From Eledone cirrhosa (Eukaryota): a stretch of 64,000 bases of DNA. Below the pieces are notes generated by a model, which worked only from the letters and a program-made list of their open reading frames with translations, had not been told where the DNA came from and did not search any database. Location: assembly GCA_964016885.1 (NCBI GenBank), contig OZ024741.1:253952001-254016000 (forward strand), in the 5' to 3' direction. Both the position numbers and the translations under genes were made by a program. Every line of letters starts with the position of its first letter. Within the stretch, counting starts at the first letter, position 1. Positions 1 through 11,200 of the stretch are shown here, piece by piece.

Positions 1-870
1 GGTGGTGGTGTTGTGGTGGTGGTGGTGGTGGTTGTGGTGTGCAGTGTTGGTGTTGGTGGTGTTGTGGTGTGTAGTGGTGGTGGTGGTGGCGTTGTGATGT
101 GTAGTGGTGATGGTGGTGTTGTGGTGTGTAGTGTTGGTGGTGGTGGTGTTGTGGTGTGTAGTGGTGGTGGTGGTGGTGGTGGTGTGGTGTGTAGTGTTGG
201 TGGTGGTGGTGTTGTAGTGTGTAGTGGTGGTGGTGGTGTTTTGGTGTGTAGTGATGGTGGTAGTGGTGTTGTGGTGTGTAGTGGTGATGGTGGTGGTGTT
301 GTGGTGTCTAGTGGTGGTGGTGGTGGTGTTGTGGTGTGTAGTGGTGCTGGTGGTGGTGGTGTTGTGGTGTGTAGTGGTGGTGGTAGTGGTGTTGTGGTGT
401 GTAGTGTTGGTGGTGGTGGTGTTGTGGTGTGTAGTAGTGGTGGTGGTGGTGGTGTTGTGGTGTGTAGTGATGGTGGTGGTGGTGTTGTGGTGTGTAGTGG
501 TGGTGCTGGTGGTGTTGTGGTGTGTAGTGGTGGTGGTGGTTGTGGTGTGTAGTGGTGGAGGTGGTGGTGCTGTGGTGTGTAGTGGTGGTGGTGGTGGTGT
601 TGTGGCGTGTAGAGTTGGCGGTGGGGGTGTTGTGGTGTGTAGTGGTGGTGGTGTTGTGGTGTGTAGTGGTGGTGGTGGTGTTGTGGTGTGTAGTTGTGAT
701 GGTGGTGGTTTTGTGGTGTGTAGTGGTGGTGGTGGTGGTGTTGTGGTGTGTAGTGGTGGTGGTGGGAGGGTGTGTAGTGGTGTGGGGGGGGGGGGGGGGT
801 GTAGTGGTGGTGGTTGTGGTCTTGTGGTGTGTAGTGATGGTGGTGGTGGTGTTGTGGTGTGTAGTGGTGA
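1..870. repeat. GT-rich minisatellite, unit approx. GTTGTGGTGTGTAGT(GGT)n
   Basis: Directly visible tandem units made almost only of G/T with a TAG motif. The overlapping ORFs are repeat translations. Confidence 0.9.
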
Positions 871-3800
871 TGTTGGTGTGGTGTAGTGGTGATGTTGGTG
901 TGGTGTAGTGTAGTGTAGTGGTGATGGTGGTGTGGTGTAGTGTAGGGGTGATGGTGATGTGGTGTAGTGTAGTGATGATGGTGTGGTGTAGTGGTGATGT
1001 TGGTGTAGTGCAGTGGTGATGTTGGTGTGGTGTAGTGGTGATGATGGTGTGGTGTAGTGGTGATGTTGGTGTGGTGTAGTGTAGGAGTGATGGTGGTGTG
1101 GTGTAGTGTAGTGATGTTGGTGTGGTGTAGTGTTGTGGTGATGGTTGTGTAGTGTAGTGGTGATGTTGGTGTGATGTAGTGTAGTGGTGATGTTGGTGTA
1201 GTGTAGTGGTGGTGGTGTTGGTGTAGTGTAGTGGTGATGTTGGTGTGATGTAGTGTAGTGGTGATGTTGGTGTAGTGTAGTGGTGGTGATGTTGGTGTAG
1301 TGTAGTGGTGGTGGTGTTGGTGTAGTGTAGTGGTGATGTTGGTGTGATATAGTGTAGTTTTGATGTTGGTGTAGTGTAGTGGTGGTGGTGTTGGTGTGGT
1401 GTAGTGTAGTGGCGATGTTGGTGTAGTGTAGTGTAGTGGTGGTGCTGGTGTGGTGTAGTGGTGATATTGGTGTAGTGTAGTGTAGTGGTGGTGGTGATAT
1501 TGGTGTGGTGTAGTGGTGATGTTGGTGTGGTGTAGTGTAGTGGTGGTGGTGATATTGGTGTGGTGTAGTGGTGATGTTGGTATGGTGTAGTGTAGTGGAT
1601 ATGTTGGTGTGGTATAGTGTAGTGGTGAAGGTGGTGTAGTGTAGTGTAGTAGTGGTGGTCTAGGGTAGTGTAGTGGTGATGTTGGTGTGATGTAGTGTAG
1701 TGGTGATGGTGGTGTGGTGTAGTGTACTGGTGTTGGTGGTGGTGTGGTGTAGTGTAGTGGTTGTATCGGTGTGATCTTGTGTAGTGGTGATGTTGGTGTG
1801 GTGTAGTGCACTGATGTTGGTGTGGTGTAGTGTAGTAGTGATGGTGGTGTGGTGTAGTGTAGTGGTGATGTTGGTGTAGTGTAGTGGTGATGTTAGTGTA
1901 GTGGTGGTGATGTTGGTGTGATGTAGTGTAGTGGTGGTGGTGTGTGGTGTAGTGTAGCGGTGATGTTGGTGTAGTGTAATGGTGGTGGTGTTGGTGTGGT
2001 GTAGTATAGTGGTGATGTTGGTATGGTGTAGTGTAGTGGTGGTGTTGGTGTGGTGTAGTATAGTGGTGATGTTGGTATGGTGTAGTGTAGTGGTGGTGTT
2101 GGTGTGGTGTAGAGAAATAGCGATGGTGGTGTGGTGTAGTGGTGATGTTGGTGTGGTGTAGTGTAGTGGTGATGTTGGTGTTGTGTTGTGGTGGTGGTGT
2201 GAGGTGTAGTGTAGTGTTGTTGGTATGATGTAGTGTAGTGGTGATGTTGGTGTGGTGTAGTGTAGTGGTGATGGTGGTGTGGTGTAATGTAGTGGTGTGG
2301 TGTAGTGTAGTGTAGTGGTGATGTTGGTGTTGTGTAGTGTAGTGGTGGTGGTGGTGTGGTGTAGTGTAGTGGTGATGTTGGTGTTGTGTAGTGTAGTGGT
2401 GGTGGTGGTGTGGTGTAGTGTAGTGTAGTGGTGATGTTGGTGTGGTGTAGTGTAGTGGTGGTGGTGGTGTGGTGTAGTGTAGTGTAGTGGTGATGTTGGT
2501 GTGGTGTAGTGTATTACTGGTGGTTGTGTGGTGTAGTGTAGTGGTGATGTTGGTATAGTGTAGTGGTGATGTTGGTGTTGTGTAGTGTAGTGGTGGTGGT
2601 GGTGTGGTGTAGTGTAGTGTAGTGGTGATGTTGGTGTGGTGTAGTGTAGTGGTGATGTTGGTGTAGTGTAGTGGTGATGTTGGTGATGGCGTGATGTAGT
2701 GGTGATGTTGGTGTGGTGTAGTGTAGTGGTGATGTTGGTGTGGTGTAGTGTAGTGGTGATGTTGGTGTGGTGTAGTGGTGATGGTGGTGTGGTGTAGTGT
2801 AGTGGTGATGTTGGTGTGGTGTAGTGTAGTGGTGATGTTGGTGTGGTGTAGTGTAGTGGTGATGTTGGTGTAGTGTAGTGTAGTGGTGATGGTGGTGTAG
2901 TGGAGTGGTGATGTTGGTGTAGTGTAGTGTAGTGGTGATGTTGGTGTGGTGTAGTGTAGTGGTGATGGTGGCATGGTGTAGTGTAGTAGTGATGGTGGTT
3001 TGGTGCAGTGTAGTGGTGATGTTGGTGTGGTGTAGTGGTGATGTTGGTGTGGTGTAGTGTAGTGGTGATGTTGGTGTGGTGTAGTGGTGATGTTGGTGTG
3101 GTGTAGTGTAATAGTGATGGTGGTGTGGTGTAGTGTAGTGGTGATGTTGGTGTGGTGTAGTGTAGTGGTGATGTTGGTGTGGTGTAGTGTAGTAGTGATG
3201 GTGGTGTGGTGTAGTGTAGTGGTGATGGTGGTGTAGTGGAGTGGTGATGTTGGTGTAGTGTAGTGTAGTGGTGATGTTGGTGTGGTGTAGTGTAGTGGTG
3301 TTGGTGGCATGGTGTAGTGTAGTAGTGATGGTGGTTTGGTGTAGTGTAGTGGTGATAGTGGTGCAGTGGAGTGGTGATGTTGGTGTAGTGGTGATGGTGG
3401 TGTAGTGGAGTGGTGATGTTGGTGTAGTGGTGATGGTGGTGTGGTGTAGTGTAGTGTAGTGGTGATGTTGGTGTGGTGTAGTGTAGTGGTGATGGTGGCA
3501 TGGTGTAGTGTAGTAGTGATGGTGGTTTGGTGCAGTGTAGTGGTGATGTTGGTGTGGTGTAGTGGTGATGTTGGTGTGGTGTAGTGTAGTGGTGATGTTG
3601 GTGTGGTGTAGTGGTGATGTTGGTGTGGTGTAGTGTAATAGTGATGGTGGTGTGGTGTATTGTAGTGGTGATGTTGGTGTGGTGTAGTGTAGTGGTGATG
3701 TTGGTGTGGTGTAGTGTAGTAGTGATGGTGGTGTGGTGTAGTGTAGTGGTGATGGTGGTGTAGTGGAGTGGTGATGTTGGTGTAGTGTAGTGTAGTGGTG

Positions 3801-6800
3801 ATGTTGGTGTGGTGTAGTGTAGTGGTGATGGTGGCATGGTGTAGTGTAGTAGTGATGGTGGTTTGGTGTAGTGTAGTGGTGATGGTGGTGCAGTGGAGTG
3901 GTGATGTTGGTGTAGTGGTGATGGTGGTGTAGTGGAGTGGTGATGTTGGTGTAGTGGTGATGGTGGTGTGGTGTAGTGTACTGGTGGTGGTGGTGTGGTG
4001 TAGTGTAGTAGTGATGGTGGTGTGGTGTAGTGTAGTGGTGATGGTGGTGTAGTGTAGTGGTGATGTTTGTGTGGTGTAGTGTAGTGGTGATGTTGGTGTG
4101 GTGTAGTGGTGATGTTGGTGAGGTGTAGTGTAGTGGTGATGTTGGTGTGGTGTAGTGTAGTGGTGATGTTGGTGTGGTGTAGTGGTGATGTTGGTGTGGA
4201 GTAATGTAGTGGTGATGGTGGTGTGGTGTAGTGTAGTGGTGATGTTGGTGTGGTGTAGTGGTGATGTTGGTGAGGTGTAGTGTAGTGGTGATGTTGGTGA
4301 GGTGTAGTGTAGTGGTGATGTTGGTGTGGTGTAGTGGTGATGTTGGTGTGGTGTAATGTAGTGGCAATGGTGGTGTGGTGTAGTGTAGTGGTGATGGTAG
4401 TGTGGTGCAGTGTAGTGGTGATGGTAGTGTGATGTAGTGTAGTGGTGATGTTGGTGTGGTGTAGTTTAGTGGTGATGTTGGTGTGGTGTAGTGTAGTGGT
4501 GATGTTGGTGTGGTGTAGTGTAATAGTGATGTTGGTGTGGTGTAGTGTAGTGGTGATGTTGGTGTGGTGTAGTGGTGATGTTGGTGTGGTGTAGTGTAGT
4601 GGTGATGTTGGTGTGGTGTAGTGGTGATGTTGGTGTGGTGTAGTGTAATAGTGATGGTGGTGTGGTGTAGTGTACTAGTGATGTTGTGTGGTGTAGTGTA
4701 GTAGTGATGTTGTGTGGTGTAGTGTAGTGGTGATGTTGGTGTGGTGTAGTGTAGTGGTGATGTTGGTGTGGTGTAGTGTAGTGGTGATGTTGGTGTGGTG
4801 TAGTGTAGTGGTGATGTAGGTGTGGTGTAGTTTAGTGGTGATGTTGGTGTGGTGTAGTGTAGTAGTGATGGTGGTGTGGTGTAGTGGTGATGGTGGTGTG
4901 GTGTAGTGTAGTGGTGATGGTGGTGTAGTGTAGTGGTGATGTTGGTGTAGTGTAGTGTAGTGGTGATGGTGGTGTAGTGGAGTGGTGATGTTGGTGTAGT
5001 GGTGATGGTGGTGTGGTGTAGTGTAGTGGTGATGTTGGTGAGGTGTAGTGGTGATGTTGGTGTGATGTAGTGTAGTGTTGATGGTGGTGTGGTGTAGTGT
5101 AGTGGTGATGTTGGTGTGGTGTAGTGTAGTGGTGATAATGGTGTGGTGTAGTGTAGTGGTGATGTTGGTGAGGTGTAGTGTAGTGGTGATGTTGGTGTGG
5201 TGTAGTGTAGTGGTGATGGTGGTGTAGTGTAGTGGTGATGTTGATGAGGTGTAGTGTAGTGTAGTAGTGATGTTGGTGTAGTGTAGTGGTGATGGTGGTG
5301 TGGTGTAGTGTAGTGATGGTGGTGATGTTGGTGTAGTGTAATGTAGTGGTGATGTTGGTGTGGTGTAGTGTAATAGTGATGGTGGTGTGGTGTAGTGTAG
5401 TGGTGATGTTGGTGTGGTGTAGTGGTGATGTTGGTGTGGTGTAGTGTAGTAGTGATGGTGGTGTGGTGTGGTGTAGTGGTGATGTTGGTGTGGTGTAGTG
5501 TAGTGGTGATGGTGGTGTAGTGTAGTGGTGATGTTGGTGTAGTGTAGTGTAGTGGTGATGGTGGTGTGGTGTAGTGTAGTGGTGATGTTGGTGTGGTGTA
5601 GTGTAGTGGTGGTCGTGGTGGTGTGGTGTAGTGTTGTGGTGATGTTGGTGTGGTGGAGTGTAGTAGTGATGTTGGTGTTGTGTAGTGTAATGGTGATGTT
5701 GGTGTGGTGTAGTGTAGTGGTGATGTTGGTGTGGTGTAGTGTAGTGGTGATGTTGGTGTGGTGTAGTGTAGTGGTGATGGTGGTGTAGTGGAGTGGTGAT
5801 GTTGGTGTAGTGTAGTGGTGATGTTGGTGTGGTGTAGTGTAGTGGTAATGGTGGTGTGGTGTAGTGTAGTGGTGATGGTGGTGTAGTGTAGTGGTGATGT
5901 TGGTGTGGTGTAGTGGTGATGTTGGTGTGGTGTAGTGTAGTGGTAATGGTGGTGTGGTGTAGTGTAATGGTGATGTTGGTGTGGTGTAGTGTAGTTGTGA
6001 TGTTGTGTAGTGGTGGTGGTGATAGTGGTGTGGTGTTGTGGTGGTGCGGTGTAGTTGTAGTGGTGATAGTGGTGAGGTTTAGTGGTGGTGCGGTGTAGTG
6101 GTGGTGGTGATAGTCTTGTGGTGTAGTGGTGGTGTGGTGTAGTGGTGGTGGTGCGAGTGGTGTGGTGTAATGGTGGTGGTGCGAGTGGTGTGGTGTAGTG
6201 GTGGTGGTGATAGTGGTGTGGTGTAGTGGTGGTGGTGATAGCAGTGTGGTGTAGTGGTGGTGCGGTGTAGTGGTGGTGGTGATAGTGGTGTGGTGTAGTA
6301 GTGGTGGTGGTGATAGTGGTGTGGTGTAGTGGTGGTGGTGATAGTAGTGTGGTGTAGTGGTGGTGGTGATAGTGGTGTGGTGTAGTGGTGGTGTGGTGTA
6401 GTGGTGGTGGTGCTAGTGGTGTGGTGTAGTGGTGGTGTGGTGTAGTGGTGGTGGTGCTAGTGGTGTGGTGTAGGGGTGGGGGTGGTGATAGTGGTGTGGT
6501 GTAGTGGTGGTGGTGATAGTGGTGTGGTGTAGTGGTGGTGGTGATAGTGGTGTGGTGTAGTGGTGGTGGTGATAGTGGTGTGGTGTAGTGGTGGTGGTGT
6601 TAGTGGTGTGGTGTAGTGGTGGTGGTGATAGTGGTGTGGTGTAGTGGTGGTGGTGTTAGTGGTGTGGTGTAGTAGTGGTGGTGATACTGGTGTGGTGTAG
6701 TGGTGGTGTGGTGTAGTGGTGGTGGTGCTAGTGGTGTGGTGTAGTGGTGGTGGTGTTAGTGGTGTGGTGTAGTAGTGGTGGTGATAGTGGTGTGGTGTAG

Positions 6801-8155
6801 TGGTGGTGGTGATAGTGGTGTGGTGTAGTAGTGGTGTGGTGTAGTAGTGGTGGTGATAGTGGTGTGGTGTAGTGGTGGTAGTGATAGTGGTGTGGTGTAG
6901 TGGTGGTGGTGTAGTGGTGGTGGTGTAGTAGTGGTGGTGATAGTGGTGTGGTGTAGTAGTGGTGTAGTGTAGTAGTGGTGGTGATAGTGTTGGTGGTGTA
7001 GTGGTGGTGGTGGTGATAGTGGTGTTGTGTAGTGGTGGTGGTGATAGTGGTGTGGTGTATTAGTGGTGGTGATAGTGGTGTGGTGTAGTAGTGGTGGTGA
7101 TAGTGGTGTGGTGTAGTAGTGGTGTGGTTTAGTAGTGGTGGTGATAGTGGTGTGGTGTAGTGGTGGTGTGGTGTAGTAGTGGTGGTGATAGTGGTGTGGT
7201 GTAGTAGTGGTGGTGATAGTGGTGTGGTGTATTGGTGGTGGTGTAGTGGTGGTGGTGTAGTAGTGGTGTGGTGTAGTAGTGGAGGTGATAGTGGTGTGGT
7301 GTAGTAGTAGTGGTGGTGTAGTAGTGGTGGTGATAGTGGTGTGGTGTAGTAGTAGTGGTGGTGTAGTAGTGGTGGTGATAGTGGTGTGGTGTAGTGGTGG
7401 TGGTGATAGTGGTGTGGTGTAGTAGTGGTGTGGTGTAGTAGTGGTGGTGATAGTGGTGTGGTGTAGTAGTGGTGGTGATAGTGGTGTGGTGTAGTAGTGG
7501 TGGTGATAGTGGTGTGGTGTAGTAGTGGTGTGGTGTAGTAGTGGTGGTGATAGTGGTGTGGTGTAGTAGTGGTGTGGTGTAGTAGTGGTGGTGATAGTGG
7601 TGTGGTGTAGTAGTACTGGTGGTGTAGTAGTGGTGGTGATAGTGGTGTGGTGTAGTGGTGGTGCTGATAGTGGTGTGGTGTAGTAGTGGTGTGGTGTAGT
7701 AGTGGTGGTGATAGTGGTGTGGTGTAGTAGTAGTGGTGGTGTAGTAGTGGTAGTGATAGTGGTGTGGTGTAGTGGTGGTGGTGATAGTGGTGTGGTGTAG
7801 TAGTGGTGTGGTGTAGTAGTGGTGGTGATAGTGGTGTGGTGTAGTAGTAGTGGTGGTGTAGTAGTGGTGGTGATAGTGGTGTGGTGTAGTGGTGGTGGTG
7901 ATAGTGGTGTGGTGTAGTAGTGGTGTGGTGTAGTAGTGGTGGTGATAGTGGTGTGGTGTAGTAGTAGTGGTGGTGTAGTAGTGGTGGTGATAGTGGTGTG
8001 GTGTAGTAGTGGTGGTGATAGTGGTGTGGTGTAGTAGTGGTGTGGTGTAGTAGTGGTGGTGATAGTGGTGTGGTGTAGTAGTAGTGGTGGTGTAGTAGTG
8101 GTGGTGATAGTGGTGTCGTGTAGTAGTGGTGTGGTGTAGTAGTAGTGGTGGTGAC
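871..8155. repeat. GT-rich satellite built from GTGTA/GTGTG pentamers and GGT/GAT triplets (approx. 25-bp unit GTGGTGTAGTGTAGTGGTGATGTTG, shifting near 6000 to GTGGTGTAGTAGTGGTGGTGATAGTG)
   Basis: Tandem units are visible throughout. C is nearly absent on the + strand. Confidence 0.9.
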
Positions 8156-8237
8156 GTCTGTACATCAAAGCCATTGTGGTTCAGAAGTGGTCAGCACAGC
8201 TCAATCATTGAAACATTAGTTTTGTAACATAGTGTCA

Positions 8238-11200
8238 TTAAAGGACAATTATATTGTGGTGGTGGTGGTGGTGGTGGTAATAGTAGTGGTGGTGGTTATA
8301 GTCGTGGTGGTGGTGCTGGTCGAGCTGGTGGTGTTGGTGGTGGTACTGTGGTGGTGGTGCTGGTGCTGGTGGTAGTGGGGCTGGTGGAGGTTGTGGTGGT
8401 GGTGCTGATGCTGGTCGAGCTGGTGGTGTTGGTGGTGGTACTGTGGTGGTGGTGCTGGTGCTGGTGGTAGTGGGGCTGATGGAGGTTGTGGTGGTCGTGC
8501 TGGTGCTGGTGCTGGTGGTAGTGGGGCTGAAGGAGGTTGTGGTGGTGGTGCTGGTGCTGGTGGTAGTGGGGCTGGTGGAGGTTGTGGTGGTGGTGCTGGT
8601 GCTGGTGGTGGTGGGGCTGGTGGAGGTTGTGGTGGTGGTGCTGGTGCTGGTGGTAGTGGGGCTGGTGGAGGTTGTGGTGGTGGTGCTGGTGCTGGTGCTG
8701 GTGGTAGTGGGGCTGGTGGAGGTTGTGGTGGTGGTGCTGGTGGTGGTGGTAGTGGGGCTGGTGGAGGTTGTGGTGGTGGTGCTGGTGCTGGTGGTAGTGG
8801 GGCTGGTGGAGGTTGTGGTGGTGGTGCTGGTGCTGGTGGTAGTGGGGCTGGTGGAGGTTGTGGTGGTGGTGCTGGTGCTGGTGGTAGTGGGGCTGGTGGA
8901 GGTTGTGGTGGTGGTGCTGGTGCTGGTGGTAGTGGGGCTGGTGGAGGTTGTGGTGGTGGTGCTGGTGCTGGTGGTAGTGGGGCTGGTGGAGGTTGTGGTA
9001 CTGGTGCTGGTGCTGGTGGTAGTGGGGCTGATGGAGGTGGTGGTGGTGGTGCTGGTGCTGGTGGTAGTGGGGCTGATGGAGGTGGTGGTGGTGATGCTGG
9101 TGCTGGTGGTAGTGGGGCTGATGGAGGTTGTGGTGGTGGTGCTGGTGCTGGTGGTAGTGGGGCTGGTGGAGGTTGTGGTGGTGGTGCTGGTGGTAGTGGG
9201 GCTGGTGGAGGTTGTGGTGGTGGTGCTGGTGCTGGTGGTAGTGGGGCTGGTGGAGGTTGTGGTGGTGGTGCTGGTGCTGGTGCTAGTGGGGCTGGTGGAG
9301 GTTGTGGTGGTGGTGCTGGTGCTGGTGGTAGTGGGGCTGGTGGAGGTTGTGGTGGTGGTGCTGGTGCTGGTGGTAGTGGGGCTGGTTGAGGTTGTGGTGG
9401 TGGTGCTGGTGCTGGTGGTAGTGGGGCTGGTGGAGGTTGTGGTGGTGGTGCTGGTGGTGGTGGTAGTGGGGCTGGTGGAGGTTGTGGTGGTGGTGCTGGT
9501 GCTGGTGGTAGTGGGGCTGGTGGAGGTTGTGGTGGTGGTGCTGGTGCTGGTGGTAGTGGGGCTGGTGGAGGTTGTGGTGGTGGTGCTGGTGCTGGTGGTA
9601 GTGGGGCTGGTGGAGGTTGTGGTGCTGGTGCTGGTGCTGGTGGTAGTGGGGCTGGTGGAGGTTGTGGTGGTGGTGCTGGTGGTAGTGGGGCTGGTGGAGG
9701 TTGTGGTGGTGGTGCTGGTGCTGGTGGTAGTGGGGCTGGTTGAGGTTGTGGTGGTGGTGCTGGTGCTGGTGGTAGTGGGGCTGGTGGAGTTTGTGGTGCT
9801 GGTGCTGGTGGTAGTGGGGCTGGTGGAGGTTGTGGTGGTGGTGCTGGTGCTGGTGGTGCTGGTTGAGGTTGTGGTGGTGGTGCTGGTGCTGGTGTTAGTG
9901 GGGCTGGTGGAGTTTGTGGTGGTGGTGCTGGTGGTAGTGGGGCTGGTGGAGGTTGTGGTGGTGGTGCTGGTGCTGGTGGTGCTGGTTGAGGTTGTGGTGG
10001 TGGTGCTGGTGCTGGTGGTAGTGGGGCTGGTGGAGTTTGTGGTGGTGGTGCTGGTGGTAGTGGGGCTGGTGGAGGTTGTGGTGGTGGTGCTGGTGCTGGT
10101 GGTAGTGGGGCTGGTTGAGGTTGTGGTGGTGGTGCTGGTGCTGGTGGTAGTGGGGCTGGTGGAGGTTGTGGTGCTGGTGCTGGTGCTGGTGGTAGTGGGG
10201 CTGGTGGAGGTTGTGGTGGTGGTGCTGGTGGTAGTGGGGCTGGTGGAGGTTGTGGTGGTGGTGTTGGTGGTGGTGGTAGTGGGGCTGGTTGAGGTTGTGG
10301 TGGTGGTGCTGGTGCTGGTGGTAGTGGGGCTGGTGGAGGTTGTGGTGGTGGTGCTGGTGCTGGTGGTAGTGGGGCTGGTAGAGGTTGTGGTGGTGGTGCT
10401 GGTGGTGGTGGTAGTGGGGCTGGTGGAGGTTGTGGTGGTGGTGCTGGTGCTGGTGGTAGTGGGGCTGGTGGAGGTTGTGGTGGTGGTGCTGGTGCTGGTG
10501 GTAGTGGGGCTGATGGATGTTGTGGTGCTGGTGCTGGTGGTGGTGGTAGTGGGGCTGGTGGAGGTTGTGGTGGTGGTGCTGGTGGTGGTGGTAGTGGGGC
10601 TGGTTGAGGTTGTGGTGGTGGTGCTGGTGCTGGTGGTAGTGGGGCTGGTGGAGGTTGTGGTGGTGGTGCTGGTGCTGGTGGTAGTGGGGCTGGTGGAGGT
10701 TGTGGTGGTGGTGCTGGTGGTGGTGGTAGTGGGGCTGGTTGAGGTTGTGGTGGTGGTGCTGGTGCTGGTGGTAGTGGGGCTGGTGGAGTTTGTGGTGGTG
10801 GTGCTGGTGGTAGTGGGGCTGGTTGAGGTTGTGGTGGTGGTGCTGGTGCTGGTGGTAGTGGGGCTGGTGGAGTTTGTGGTGCTGGTGCTGGTGGTAGTGG
10901 GGCTGGTTGAGGTTGTGGTGGTGGTGCTGGTGGTAGTGGGGCTGGTTGAGGTTGTGGTGGTGGTGCTGGTGCTGGTGGTAGTGGGGCTGGTGGAGGTTGT
11001 GGTGGTGGTGCTGGTGCTGGTGGTAGTGGGGCTGGTGGAGGTTGTGGTGGTGGTGCTGGTGCTGGTGGTAGTGGGGCTGGTGGAGGTTGTGGTGGTGGTG
11101 CTGGTGCTGGTGGTAGTGGGGCTGGTGGAGGTTGTGGTGGTCGTGCTGGTGCTGGTGGTAGTGGGGCTGATGGAGGTTGTGGTGGTGGTGCTGGTGCTGG

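Noticed and set aside
1-8155. Telomeric repeat array
   Set aside because: No TTAGGG units. The only telomere-like words are a few at ~48676-48700 inside a MITE.
13-8174. Long His/Thr/Tyr- and Val/Cys/Gly-rich ORFs
   Set aside because: Translations of a GT satellite. They are open in several frames because the C/A-rich strand rarely contains stop codons.
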